A stretch of DNA of 63,661 bases, the filler included, from an uncultured bacterium (GTDB lineage: Bacteria > CAYUVA01), in assembly GCA_964448115.1 (NCBI GenBank). It is 3 parts of 3 records of this genome, joined end to end, with 100 filler letters (N's around TTAATTAATTAA, not from the genome) between each part and the next. Parts side by side here need not be neighbours in the genome. Positions count along the whole stretch, not along the records: positions 22,888 to 45,524 come from CAYUVA010000057.1; 2 more parts are not named here. One strand, written 5' to 3'. The notes under the pieces are model-generated. The model was not told where the DNA came from and did not search any database. It saw nothing but the letters and a program-made list of their open reading frames with translations. Shown here in pieces: positions 29,933 to 40,222 of this stretch. Positions within the stretch are counted from its first letter, which is position 1. The number at the start of each line of letters is the position of its first letter. The position numbers and the translations under genes are program-made.

Positions 29933-31177
29933 TCAACCAGCCTTAGGGTATGAAAAATGTTTCCTATACAAGAAAGATATGATACCAATATAGACCCAAA
30001 AAAGCAAGCTACTCTCGTTTTCATAGCGAAAGGTAACCATACTGTAAGATAAAAATCCAGACATCATGGTGGCTATGCTCCAGGAAAATACCCCTTCAAT
30101 GCCACCAATTCTTAGCGACAAAAGCCGAACCAGATGATAGATCATAGCGATAAATAGAATCAAGTATGCACATACCCCTAACAAACCTAGCTCGACACCG
30201 ATCTGTAGATAAAGATTGTGCGCATTATTAAGAATGCCATCCTGTGCGCCGACGCTAATGTATTCAGGGTAAAGCGTGCCGTAGTTCTTGTTCCCATAGC
30301 CGATGCCGATATAAGGATGATCGATTATCATCAGTATTGCGCTCTTCCACAGGATGAGACGATCCCCTATCACTCGCGAGGTCGCTCTATCCAACACCTT
30401 CTGCGGCATAAAATAGCCACAGACTAAAAAAAGCAAAACGATAATCGGTAAGATCCATCTGTGCCTGAAGACTCCTAGAAATAAAAGCATTATGATCACC
30501 GCCACCCATGCCCCGCGAGTGAAGGTCAGCAATATGAAAAAGATCCCCAAAAGCGCGGTTATTAGATCCAACCATTTCTTTTTCAGGCTAGTTTTCTCAT
30601 GGAATATTCGGGCAAGGACCGATGCCATCAACAGCATCGAGTAAAACGCGCCCCTGCCGAAGGTCGCGAAAAACGAGGTCGCTCTAGCTCCAACCGGAGG
30701 ACTAGAGATAACCATGCTGCCGTTGTAATAGCCATAGATCCCGATAATGCTTATTGTTAAAAGGCACAATTTCATGGCAAGAAACAACAGTCTCAGGCTT
30801 CGCTCGCTGCGAAGATTATTAACCACGATATAATAAAGCAATGTATAGGTAAGATACTCTCCCTTCAGGGTCATCAAGCTATATTTAAGATTGATCGAGG
30901 TAGCTGTAGAGATGATGATGGAAATGCCGGTTAATAGAATGGGAAAATCGAGTACGGTTGGAGTGAAAAAGCGCTCCTTGTTCCAAAGCGAGCGGAGTAT
31001 CCACAGTATGATGATGATCCCCAGCAGGTTTGCCTGCAATGCTGTAATATGGGGAAAGGGAAGTAAAAAGACCAGCAGGGCGATGCAGTATTCATTTATG
31101 GTTTGCGCCTTATCACCGCGATGCAAGGCAGCAAAACTGTTGAAGGCTGACTTTATTCGGGACTTCATTTCCCTCAT
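29933..31177 (-). CDS. O-antigen ligase family protein
   Basis: About 11 TMs; RATS, LTFTRGAW, R..LW..A..MI.DHP..GIG.G and NAHN.YLQ..VELG motifs. Confidence 0.85.
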   Translation of the reverse strand: MREMKSRIKSAFNSFAALHRGDKAQTINEYCIALLVFLLPFPHITALQANLLGIIIILWILRSLWNKERFFTPTVLDFPILLTGISIIISTATSINLKYSLMTLKGEYLTYTLLYYIVVNNLRSERSLRLLFLAMKLCLLTISIIGIYGYYNGSMVISSPPVGARATSFFATFGRGAFYSMLLMASVLARIFHEKTSLKKKWLDLITALLGIFFILLTFTRGAWVAVIIMLLFLGVFRHRWILPIIVLLFLVCGYFMPQKVLDRATSRVIGDRLILWKSAILMIIDHPYIGIGYGNKNYGTLYPEYISVGAQDGILNNAHNLYLQIGVELGLLGVCAYLILFIAMIYHLVRLLSLRIGGIEGVFSWSIATMMSGFLSYSMVTFRYENESSLLFWVYIGIISFLYRKHFSYPKAG

Positions 31178-31220
31178 CGGTCATTCAAACGATAGCAACA
31201 TAGTCTGTGGCGCTTAAAGA

Positions 31221-31757
31221 CTAAAAGTAATGCGCTCTCAATATGAAGCATGTTATCATAAGCAGAAAACCGAGCAAGTGTTTAAGCTCCCTATTCTTAG
31301 CCAATAACTTTCTATCAAAGCTATCAAATGATAGCTTGCCCAGGTTACTTAGCTTGGGGAAAAAGGCTGGAACCAAGGCATTGTATGTGGGATAAGCATC
31401 GGGAAATGCATCTTTGAGCTTCCGCTCCTCAAATAGGATCTCAATCCCGTAAATAAATGCGAAAAACACTAGATATAAAGCTAACATGAACCATTGTCTT
31501 GTCATGATAACCAATCCTAAACCGAGTAAAAAACTACCCAAGTATAAAGGATGACGGCATAACAGATAAGGTCCATCCATTGCCAGGACGCGATTCTTCT
31601 TGATGATCCCAGCGCTGTATATCCGCAATGCAATACCGACCAGTGAGATGATAAGCGCAGGATAAAACAACGGCTTATCTGCCAACACCAATAAAACAAT
31701 AGTGAATACCAGTCCGAGTCTAACTCGTAGCTTGCCCCAGGTTTTCTGGAATTTCAT
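31221..31757 (-). CDS. Isoprenylcysteine carboxylmethyltransferase/PEMT-like membrane protein
   Basis: GPY..CRHPLYLGS and EE..L...F...Y..Y...VP.F motifs. Start trimmed to the ATG at 31757. Confidence 0.85.
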   Translation of the reverse strand: MKFQKTWGKLRVRLGLVFTIVLLVLADKPLFYPALIISLVGIALRIYSAGIIKKNRVLAMDGPYLLCRHPLYLGSFLLGLGLVIMTRQWFMLALYLVFFAFIYGIEILFEERKLKDAFPDAYPTYNALVPAFFPKLSNLGKLSFDSFDRKLLAKNRELKHLLGFLLMITCFILRAHYF

Positions 31758-31812
31758 ATCATAAAGCCATCCATCAGGGAGCACCATGTCAAGTAACCTG
31801 ATCAATATCAAC

Positions 31813-32964
31813 TCATCGCCCCTTACCTGCCAGTAGTCCATTGTATAACTGGAGATGTTTCTGCGCTGCCACCTCAACAGTGAATCCATCCAGTACGGTC
31901 TCTTGTGCCTTTTTACCCATATCTCTCGCCAGCTTATCATCTTCGAGGAGAGTTTCCAGGTAATGCGCCAAACCAGCCGAGTCTCCAGGGTCAACAAGGT
32001 ATCCATTTAATCCATGCTCAACCACCTCTCGATTGCAGGGAAGGTCAGTAGCGATTACAGGCAGCCCCGCGGACATCCCCTCCAGCAGGGCTAAGGAGAA
32101 TCCCTCTACCTTGCTTATCAGGGCAAAGATATTCGAGGCGTTTAAAATATCTGGGATATCGTCCCTGTTCCCGGCGAAGATAACCCGCTGCGAGATGCCT
32201 AACTTTGCGCACAGGCTCTTTAGTTTGGGCATCAAAGCGCCATCGCCGGCGAATAGCGCTTTGAGCCTGGGGTATCTATTCATCACCGCTGGCAATGCCT
32301 TGATGAGTGTTTGATGGTCTTTTCGGGGCACCAGGCGACCGACCATGGTGAGCACGATATCCCCATTGTCCAATCCTAGCTCATGGCGCACTCGTTCGCC
32401 TCCCTTGGCATTTAATATCTGGGCTGGATCAATTGCGTTATGGATCACGGTTAGCCTCTCTTGGGGTATTTTCAGCCTTGCTCTTACGACCTCAGCCACA
32501 GCTTGCGATACGGCAACGGTCATGTTTTTGTTGAAGCCGAGTAACCTTTCGGTGATTACCTGGCGCTTGTTATCCCACTGGGACATGGAACAGACGGTTG
32601 CAATACGCACCGGCACCTTTGCAATGCTAGCAGCGGTAAGTCCGGAGATGTTGCTCCTGTACATGAAGGACTGGGCGATGTCTGGTCTTTTGTTAATCAA
32701 TAAAGCAGCCGCTTCGGATAGGCTTCGCGGATGCAAGCGTCCCTTGAAGCGATGCACCATGACATCGATACCCATCTCGATTAGCTTACTTGCCTGTGCC
32801 CCTTCTCTTCGGATGCATAGTACGCTTATGTTATTCCCTAGCTCATGTAGCTTTTTTGCCAGCAGGATAAGGAAGTTCTCCGCTCCGCCATAATCCAAGG
32901 CACCGATTATAAATACGATATTGAGTCTCTTGCCATCCAATCCTGTTTTCTGCTGGCTCTGCAA
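31813..32964 (-). CDS. Glycosyltransferase family 4 protein
   Basis: GGAE, AVS, VIHN, VGRL...K, G.RDD and EGF.LALLE.M..GLPVIAT motifs. Confidence 0.92.
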   Translation of the reverse strand: MQSQQKTGLDGKRLNIVFIIGALDYGGAENFLILLAKKLHELGNNISVLCIRREGAQASKLIEMGIDVMVHRFKGRLHPRSLSEAAALLINKRPDIAQSFMYRSNISGLTAASIAKVPVRIATVCSMSQWDNKRQVITERLLGFNKNMTVAVSQAVAEVVRARLKIPQERLTVIHNAIDPAQILNAKGGERVRHELGLDNGDIVLTMVGRLVPRKDHQTLIKALPAVMNRYPRLKALFAGDGALMPKLKSLCAKLGISQRVIFAGNRDDIPDILNASNIFALISKVEGFSLALLEGMSAGLPVIATDLPCNREVVEHGLNGYLVDPGDSAGLAHYLETLLEDDKLARDMGKKAQETVLDGFTVEVAAQKHLQLYNGLLAGKGR

Positions 32965-32988
32965 AGGATTCTAATCCATTTAGGCGGT

Positions 32989-35514
32989 TTATTGTCCCAG
33001 CTTTTTGGACAACATCTCTACATGCCTTTTAGCTGTCTGCTCATTAGGATTTATGCGCAGCACCTCCTGGAATGCCCTAAAAGCTAACTCCAGCTCGCCC
33101 TGATCAAGGTAAATGGAAGCGAGGTTTCCCCACGCCTGGTAGTAGTCTTTATCCAGTTCGATAGCCTTTTTGTATTCCAGCGATGCCTGTATATTATCCC
33201 CGCTTTCGCGATAGAGATTGCCTAACATGAAGTGGAATAGCGGGTTGGTAGGAAACTTTCTGGCTGCTAGCTTAATGTAGTCGTTTGCCTGCTGCTTCAA
33301 CCCCTTCTGCTCCAAGAGGGTAATAAGCGTTATATAAGCATTATCCATATTGGGCTGATCCTCAAGCACCTCGTAGATGTACTTGATCGCCTTGTCATAT
33401 TCTCCTAGAGCCTGATAGGTAAGAGCGACATTGAAAGCCAGTCCGGCTTGAGGAGCCAGGCGGTAGGCTTCCATAAAGTTATTCAGTGCGCCCTTATGAT
33501 CACCTACCCTGGTTTGTACCATGCCCAAAAGGTTGTACAGAGCCGGATTATCGTACTCCCAGATCAGCGCCTTGCGGAAGGCATTCATTGCCCTTTGCGG
33601 TTGTCCCAATCTCATATATGATCTTCCCAGATGGTTGAATAGCTTGCTCATCTTGGGGTATTTATTCAGCTTACGCTTGAGGGATTGCAGCCTTTCTTTT
33701 TCTGTCTTCGGTGTGTTGATAATCTCCTGAAGTGTATTATCCAAGCCGGGGTATCGGTCCAAGGTCGCAAGTAGTTCTTCAATCACCTTCTGGACATGCT
33801 CTAGGCTCCTGGAGTTGGGATCATAAAAGATAGGATGGTAATACCTATAGCGGAAACGCTCCAGTAGTTCCCTATATTTGGGGATCGCCCTTAGATATAA
33901 AAGCGCATCATCATCAAAGTAAACCAGTCCCCACTGGCGGCTATCCATGATCATTCGGTGGTGATTCTCGTTGCCAGTCTCTTTTTGCAGTGGATACCGA
34001 AGCAGTATGTTATCAACATTATATTTTTCGATTATCTCGACCATCTTGTTCCATTCGAACTGGCAGTCCAGGTAATCTCGATACAGGGGAGCATCGAAGT
34101 TGCGCCCATCGATATATACCCTTCGCTCTGGATAGGCTCGCCAGAGGATATAGCCTCCGAAGCATATCGAGTTGAAGGTTATACCGTCAATATTATGCTT
34201 GTCCATGAAATCCATCGCAGCCCCTGGATATCGATCCTCGATGCCAAAGCCGATCTTTATCCTCTCCTTATTTGAATAGATCATCTGGGCGGTTAAAAAT
34301 ACGGCAAGTACTGTACTAGCCACGAAAACCGCCCTGGCTTTACTCACAGAAAGGCGGCTCAGAAAAGGATTCATAATGTAATCCTTGATCCCCTTGAGGT
34401 TGTAAATAACAATAGGAAAGGTGCCCAGGGAGAACTCGACACGGAATCGATGTACCGATAGTGATTGTGCCAAAGTTAATGTGGCGATGACCAGGTGAGA
34501 GAAGCGGATGCGCTTGACATTGAGTATGAAAGAGCCGATGACTACGGCTATCCAGATCTTGTAGTAGTAAAAGAAATCGCTTCCCTTGAAGAATGGATTA
34601 AATGGAGAGAACCACTCGGTTGTATTTTTCATAAGCAGCCTCTTCTGCTCGCTCTCGGTGAGCATCTCGAAGATGGCTATAGGATGAGGATTGATAAAGG
34701 CGGCAAGTAGCGTCAAGCCGAAGATGATGCCATATTGCTGAAGAGCCTCTTTATCCTCCCGCGTGTACTGGATGGTGTCGAAAACCATGGATAGGAGGCT
34801 CTTCAATGCTTTCTCAGCGAAAAATGCGCCCACTAGAAAGACCCCCATGATAAAGCCAGCATGAGAATTGCACCAAACCACCATCAACGCTGGAAGTATG
34901 AGGAGACGCTTTCTTTGTCCTTTATTTGTAGTAAACAAGATGTACAGGAATATGCTGAAGAAAAAGTAGGACATAAGGTGTGGGCGCTCTATGAAACGAC
35001 CCTGGCTTATGAGGATCACCGGCACTAAAAACATGGCAGACCAGGCAAGATCAGAGCCTATATTAAGCGAGATCAAAAGCAACAAGGTGAATATGGTCAG
35101 CACGATCGCTGTGCGCAATAGTACTATCCCCGGCGGACCGAAGGCACTGAACAAGAGATAAAAGATTATATCTGTAAGCCAGGCATGGTTTATATAGCGC
35201 TGCCCGTATAGGGTGTAGGTATAAATATCTTTATCAAAGATCGTCTTTTGAGCGATCATATCCCTGCCTAAAGCAGCGTGCCACCAGAAGTCGTTGCTGC
35301 GGATGTTGAAAATCGACAAGAGAATGACGAACACTAAGACCGATACAACGACAACTAGCCCGACCGGGTGCTGTTTGGCAAGCGAATCCCGCTGCCAGGG
35401 CTTGAAGAATCCCGCCTGGGGTACTGATGGCGATCTTCCCTTGGTCTGAGGGAGTTTTTTCAGCGGTTTCCTGGTAGATTGCTTTGCTTTTTTAGTCGGT
35501 TTTGCTCTAGGCAA
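32989..35514 (-). CDS. Multi-pass membrane protein (GT-C-like) with C-terminal TPR repeats
   Basis: ND.WWH...GR motif after TM1, RPH, W.N.H.GF, EW.SP, FGGY..W and YIDGR; about six TPRs at the C-terminus. Confidence 0.7.
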   Translation of the reverse strand: MPRAKPTKKAKQSTRKPLKKLPQTKGRSPSVPQAGFFKPWQRDSLAKQHPVGLVVVVSVLVFVILLSIFNIRSNDFWWHAALGRDMIAQKTIFDKDIYTYTLYGQRYINHAWLTDIIFYLLFSAFGPPGIVLLRTAIVLTIFTLLLLISLNIGSDLAWSAMFLVPVILISQGRFIERPHLMSYFFFSIFLYILFTTNKGQRKRLLILPALMVVWCNSHAGFIMGVFLVGAFFAEKALKSLLSMVFDTIQYTREDKEALQQYGIIFGLTLLAAFINPHPIAIFEMLTESEQKRLLMKNTTEWFSPFNPFFKGSDFFYYYKIWIAVVIGSFILNVKRIRFSHLVIATLTLAQSLSVHRFRVEFSLGTFPIVIYNLKGIKDYIMNPFLSRLSVSKARAVFVASTVLAVFLTAQMIYSNKERIKIGFGIEDRYPGAAMDFMDKHNIDGITFNSICFGGYILWRAYPERRVYIDGRNFDAPLYRDYLDCQFEWNKMVEIIEKYNVDNILLRYPLQKETGNENHHRMIMDSRQWGLVYFDDDALLYLRAIPKYRELLERFRYRYYHPIFYDPNSRSLEHVQKVIEELLATLDRYPGLDNTLQEIINTPKTEKERLQSLKRKLNKYPKMSKLFNHLGRSYMRLGQPQRAMNAFRKALIWEYDNPALYNLLGMVQTRVGDHKGALNNFMEAYRLAPQAGLAFNVALTYQALGEYDKAIKYIYEVLEDQPNMDNAYITLITLLEQKGLKQQANDYIKLAARKFPTNPLFHFMLGNLYRESGDNIQASLEYKKAIELDKDYYQAWGNLASIYLDQGELELAFRAFQEVLRINPNEQTAKRHVEMLSKKLGQ

Positions 35515-35516
35515 AC

Positions 35517-36965
35517 TCAGAGGTCCTCTGTGATTATATTGATCTTTCGGGGTATCTTATAGATAGCCATATTTCTAAGGCAGAAGCTTCTCACATCGCT
35601 TGGGGTGAGATCGCAGCCCGCTTTGGGATAAACATCGACTATAAGGGAACTGCCAAAGACCTGGTCAGGCTCCGCTCTTATCCTTGCCTTCTCGATATCT
35701 GGATGGTAGGAGAACAGGCGCTCAAGCTCCTCTGGATAGACATTGAACCCGCCGACCAGGTACATTCGCTTCTTCAAGCCGGTTAGGTAGATATAATTAT
35801 CATCATCCATGTATCCTAGATCGCCGGTATGCAGCCATCCTTTGACCAGATGCCTCTTGGTAAACTCGGCGTCCTTGTAGTATCCGGTGGTTACGATTGG
35901 TCCCTTGAAGCATAGCTCTCCGACCTTTCCTGGAGGCAACGAGCGATTGTCCTCATCAACTATCTTGGCACGAACCCCGCGCAGAGGTGGTCCAATGGAG
36001 CCGTCCTTCATGATGCCATCCAGCGGATTGTAGGCAGCTACCGGCGAGCACTCCGAGATCCCGTAACCTTCCCGTAAAATAGTATTGAACCTTTGTCTGA
36101 ATGCTCCCATCAGCTCCTTGGATAATGGCGCACCTCCACTGGTAGAATGCTTGATCCTGGAGAATATCTCCACTTTTTTATCATCCAGGGACATCAACTG
36201 ATAGAACATGGTCGGAACGCCAGTGAATATGGTTATTTTATCCCTCTGTATCCGTTCTACAAGAAGCGAGGTGTCGAAGTTGTTGATTACACTGATTGCT
36301 CCCCCAGCAAAGATGGGGTCAAGTACCTGGCAGGTGGCGCCAAAGGTGTGATAAAAGGGAAGCACCCCGCACCAGACATCGTTTGCGCTCCCTAGATATC
36401 CGTGGATCGTATCCTGAACATCGTACATCAAATTGAAATGGGAGAGCTGAACCCCGCGTGGATAGCCCCCCTCATGCGCTGCCGTGTAGATCAGAACCGC
36501 AGTATCATGCTTGTTTTTTTTGAAAAAAGGAACCAGTGGCTTGTCAATCCCCCGGAAATCAAAACCAAGCTGCGGATTATCAAGGGGAAGCATTGGCATG
36601 TCAAAGTCGGTGATCTGTGCCCCTTTGGCAATCTCGCCAGTATATCTATCAACGGTGATTACAAGCGAGAGTTCCGCGTTGCTAAAGATATAACCCAGCT
36701 CGTACTGTTTGTATAAAGTGCAGATCGGAACAACCACCGCTCCAATCTTCAGGATGGCAAGGTAAGAGACAATAAATTCGAGCGAATTGGGTAATATGAT
36801 ACCGATACGGCTGCTGTTGTCATAGCCTTGCTCCTTCAGGTAACAGGCAAGGTTGTTGACCATACGGCTGAGGTTCTGATAGTCAATGGTCTCCCCATCG
36901 GTAATCACCGCCGGACGGTGGCGATACCTTATACGGCTCCATTCAATGATCTCTGCCAGGTTCAT
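35517..36965 (-). CDS. ANL-superfamily (acyl-CoA synthetase-like) protein with degenerate catalytic motifs
   Basis: LPFYHTFG, GVPTMF, SGGAPL, EGYG.SECSP, GELC.KGP, WLHTGDLG and GGFNVYP.E are present; the P-loop reads YTAAHEGGYPRG. Confidence 0.85.
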   Translation of the reverse strand: MNLAEIIEWSRIRYRHRPAVITDGETIDYQNLSRMVNNLACYLKEQGYDNSSRIGIILPNSLEFIVSYLAILKIGAVVVPICTLYKQYELGYIFSNAELSLVITVDRYTGEIAKGAQITDFDMPMLPLDNPQLGFDFRGIDKPLVPFFKKNKHDTAVLIYTAAHEGGYPRGVQLSHFNLMYDVQDTIHGYLGSANDVWCGVLPFYHTFGATCQVLDPIFAGGAISVINNFDTSLLVERIQRDKITIFTGVPTMFYQLMSLDDKKVEIFSRIKHSTSGGAPLSKELMGAFRQRFNTILREGYGISECSPVAAYNPLDGIMKDGSIGPPLRGVRAKIVDEDNRSLPPGKVGELCFKGPIVTTGYYKDAEFTKRHLVKGWLHTGDLGYMDDDNYIYLTGLKKRMYLVGGFNVYPEELERLFSYHPDIEKARIRAEPDQVFGSSLIVDVYPKAGCDLTPSDVRSFCLRNMAIYKIPRKINIITEDL

Positions 36966-37126
36966 TGTTCTCTCCAGTTAAATATTGTAGTAAGACATAT
37001 TATCTATATCACCAGGCAATATCATGTCAAGACTGGCAGCAATATTATAATAAACTTTATGAGAAATTAAAATCTTGGGCTTAAGGTCATTTTTTCAATA
37101 ATGCTAAAATAATTCAGCAGCATTCC

Positions 37127-39163
37127 CTATTCCTCAGTAGGAAATTCTTCAATATATCCAAGAGCTTGCAGCAATTTTCTCTGTTTCGATATTGCATCTT
37201 CATCCCCGTGCTCGGTCTCGTTGAGATATGGCCGCTGGGGAGTCATTAGCCATAAAGAGGTGCCATTAACCCTGGTCTTACAATGTTTTAAGCCAATCTT
37301 TTCCAATGTTTGGTTTTGATCAATATGTCCTGGCAGGGGCAATCCCAGCAGGAGACTTGAAATGAATGCTATGGACTCAATAGGCAATTCGCCGATATCC
37401 CCGCATGATTTGATCCCTGATCCATAAGCAAGAAAGATACCCTCCAGTCGATGACTCCCGCTACGAAGCAAAGCATGATCGATGATCTGCCTTGAATATG
37501 CCCCATCCAGGTGGTAACCCATATCGTTCGGGATTACTATCAGGTCAGGAGCATTATCGATGAACTTGCCGGGGAATAATTCCTCGCGCTTGAAAACATG
37601 TTGGATCACTCGATTGCCATCCAGGGGATCGCTTAATTTCAACAGCCGGTGGATAATTTCATCCCTGAGATCGTGATACTCATCAGGGGATACCGTGCCA
37701 AGCGGCTTGATTCCACTAGTGTTGATGAAGATCCCCATCTCCGATGGACTACCCGCATAAGCGGCGGTACCTAAGTAATTTATTGAGGCTGAGACAGAGC
37801 CCTTGTTGCCAAGTATCTCCTCGGAGACGGCGATATGACTGAAGTAATCATCGCAGCCGGGGAATAGATCGCATTCGAGCTGAATTATCAAGGTTTTTGA
37901 TGTTTTTTCGGGGATCTTAAGGCTTACCTTTTGCCAATACCTGTTTCCAGGCTCCCTGAAAGGCACCATCTCGCCTGTGAAAACATGCCTTGTATCACCG
38001 CCATCAGTGCCTATCAACGTGATCCTCAGCCTAGCTCCAGCCTTATGCTTGAGATGCCAGTAGCGATCATCGACTCCTATGTAAAACTCCAGGCGATCGC
38101 TCCTTGGGCATGGAATGCTGAGCCTCATTCCCGCCCTTAGCTCGAAACATAGTCGGGTAATCCCGTTGACGGTAACTTGTTTTAGGTTTGGCTGATTCTT
38201 AAAGTAAGGATTATCCGACTCGAAGGATAAAATCTTGATCGAATCCCGCGTTTCTTTGCGAGCGTTTCCAGGAATCGCATTCGCAGAATCTGCCCAGGAT
38301 AGATACCCGAGTTCATGCAGCCATTGATTCAGATAGAGCGTTCCCCTTGCAGCTCCGAAGCCGTGATCGGACATGACGATGATGGAATCCCTGGCTGCCA
38401 GGCGATTCAATATGTAACCGACAAGACCATCGATAATTCTATAGAGCCTCATTATATAATCATCACGCAGGGAGCTAATATCTTTCGTATCCTTGGAGTG
38501 CTCCCCATGGCGCTGGTAGAGATGCCACAGGAAATGTTGTGCTTGGTCGATCTCGGAAAAGACGATCACGGAAAGCTCGAACACCCTTTTTTCAAGCACC
38601 CATTCCAGGAACCGTATCTTCTGCCTTAGCACCTCATAAAGCTCGTTGAAAAGCCGCTGTGGGGAATCGCTGACATAGCATTCCCAGTTAGCCTCCAGGC
38701 GCAGTTTTCCGAAGCGCTGCTCGAAAAGCTCGATTATGGAAGTTGGATAGCAGTAATCGTTGGCGTCGTGAGGTGTAAGCAGCCCACTGACCCAGACGCC
38801 GTCGATTAACGGCACTGGATATGTAATAGGCACGCCGAAGACAAGGCAACTTTTCCCAACCTGACCAGCTACATCGAAGATGGTGGGGAGCTTGATATCC
38901 TTATAGCTAATTACCGGGTACTGTGGCGAATAGGAGTATGGGATGCGCTGGTGGAAGTCGAAGATGCCGTGAAGCGATGGCTGTACGCCAGTCATGAAGC
39001 TAGTCCAGGCTGGCGCGGTCATGGGCGGGATCGTGCTTTGCAACGCTGCATAACAGCCTTTTGTCAACAATTTGCCCAGATTGGGCAGTAAACCAGCCTC
39101 CATACCAGGCTTAATAACCGAGAATGTGCCACCGTCTATGCCTATTATGTACAGCGCACACAT
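37127..39163 (-). CDS. Alkaline phosphatase superfamily (type I phosphodiesterase/NPP-like) protein with an inserted domain
   Basis: IGIDG, STIPP.T.PAW.SF.TG..P..HGIFDF, D..QH, MSDHGFG, APDL, G.HR.EG and a terminal L.ALGY. Confidence 0.85.
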   Translation of the reverse strand: MCALYIIGIDGGTFSVIKPGMEAGLLPNLGKLLTKGCYAALQSTIPPMTAPAWTSFMTGVQPSLHGIFDFHQRIPYSYSPQYPVISYKDIKLPTIFDVAGQVGKSCLVFGVPITYPVPLIDGVWVSGLLTPHDANDYCYPTSIIELFEQRFGKLRLEANWECYVSDSPQRLFNELYEVLRQKIRFLEWVLEKRVFELSVIVFSEIDQAQHFLWHLYQRHGEHSKDTKDISSLRDDYIMRLYRIIDGLVGYILNRLAARDSIIVMSDHGFGAARGTLYLNQWLHELGYLSWADSANAIPGNARKETRDSIKILSFESDNPYFKNQPNLKQVTVNGITRLCFELRAGMRLSIPCPRSDRLEFYIGVDDRYWHLKHKAGARLRITLIGTDGGDTRHVFTGEMVPFREPGNRYWQKVSLKIPEKTSKTLIIQLECDLFPGCDDYFSHIAVSEEILGNKGSVSASINYLGTAAYAGSPSEMGIFINTSGIKPLGTVSPDEYHDLRDEIIHRLLKLSDPLDGNRVIQHVFKREELFPGKFIDNAPDLIVIPNDMGYHLDGAYSRQIIDHALLRSGSHRLEGIFLAYGSGIKSCGDIGELPIESIAFISSLLLGLPLPGHIDQNQTLEKIGLKHCKTRVNGTSLWLMTPQRPYLNETEHGDEDAISKQRKLLQALGYIEEFPTEE

Positions 39164-39172
39164 AGAATCATC

Positions 39173-40171
39173 CTAATAGCGAAGATGCGATTCGAGGTTA
39201 TGAATTCGCCTTCCACAAACCCGGCAAGCCCCATGAAGCTCTTGCCTTCCCATTAGACCGCCTCGAATCGCTTGCATAGCTTTGCCGTTCCATAGCTCCT
39301 CGAGACTCTGCTCGCTAAGATTCCCCAGGTAACATGTGTATTTATACGGCTTGAAACAGGCGCTTGAACAAGCCAGCACATCGCCGTTCGACTTTATCAA
39401 CATCGACTCGAATGGTTCATTGCACCAGCCAGCATCATCACCAAAGCTCGGTATCCGTAACTCTATGCCCAGTTTCTGGCTCAGATTCATCGCCTCCTGG
39501 AGCTTACTTTTAGAATATTCGATATCGCAAAATAGTGAAGCATCCTTTAATTCAGGCGTGTAGGCATAAATATGGTTAAGTTCGACTTTCTTTATTCCGA
39601 GATCCAAAGCAGAATGTAGTATTTCAGGCAAGCTGGATAACGACTCTATGGTGGGGGTGAAGTGAAGCTGTGCTTGAGGTTCGATCAGCCCGGCAGCCGA
39701 TCGATAGCGGTTCAGCCGATCGATAGCCTGGTAAATACTCTGAAGCTCCGGCGCCAGCCAATCCTTGGTTTGACCGAGCAGATATCCAGTAACCGAGACG
39801 ATCAGCTTACTGACGCCAGACTCAAGCAGGGATAGGGTGGTATGCTCATCGAGCATCGAGTAATTGGTGTGTACAAGAACATGGCATCGATGCCTGCTGC
39901 ATGTCTCGAAGAAGCTCCAGATATTCTTTGCCATAAGCGGCTCGCCGGCGCCGACGAAATCTACTGTGGGCGAGGATTCAAGCAGCGGCTCCAAGCCGGC
40001 AAAGGTCTCAATGCTCATATCTTGCGGCGGATTTTGGGCTTTATCCCAGTGGGTTCGGAAGCAGATTCGACAGCTTAGATTGCAGCGATTGGTCGGCTCT
40101 ATATAAACGATGCTCGGAGGTGCATCGATGATTATGCCATCTGGCAGTTGCTCTTCTTTGCCCGAAGCCAT
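39173..40171 (-). CDS. Radical SAM protein with a SPASM/twitch domain
   Basis: CNLSCRIC, GEPL; C-terminal C..PF...G.V..C, LGN...SLEE.WNG and CRVC. Confidence 0.88.
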   Translation of the reverse strand: MASGKEEQLPDGIIIDAPPSIVYIEPTNRCNLSCRICFRTHWDKAQNPPQDMSIETFAGLEPLLESSPTVDFVGAGEPLMAKNIWSFFETCSRHRCHVLVHTNYSMLDEHTTLSLLESGVSKLIVSVTGYLLGQTKDWLAPELQSIYQAIDRLNRYRSAAGLIEPQAQLHFTPTIESLSSLPEILHSALDLGIKKVELNHIYAYTPELKDASLFCDIEYSKSKLQEAMNLSQKLGIELRIPSFGDDAGWCNEPFESMLIKSNGDVLACSSACFKPYKYTCYLGNLSEQSLEELWNGKAMQAIRGGLMGRQELHGACRVCGRRIHNLESHLRY

Positions 40172-40222
40172 GAATTTAAGATAGCAAAATTGTACAAAAA
40201 AGTAGAGCCATCACGGAATGAG

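Noticed and set aside
31758-32006. N-terminal extensions given by the ORF track for the ICMT-like gene, kdsA, galT and DUF72
   Set aside because: They overlap upstream genes or precede the family-typical N-terminus, so downstream ATGs were chosen.
37127-40171. Sulfatase plus anaerobic sulfatase-maturating enzyme
   Set aside because: The hydrolase has an NPP-type Thr motif (STIPPMT) and no (C/S)xPxR formylglycine motif.
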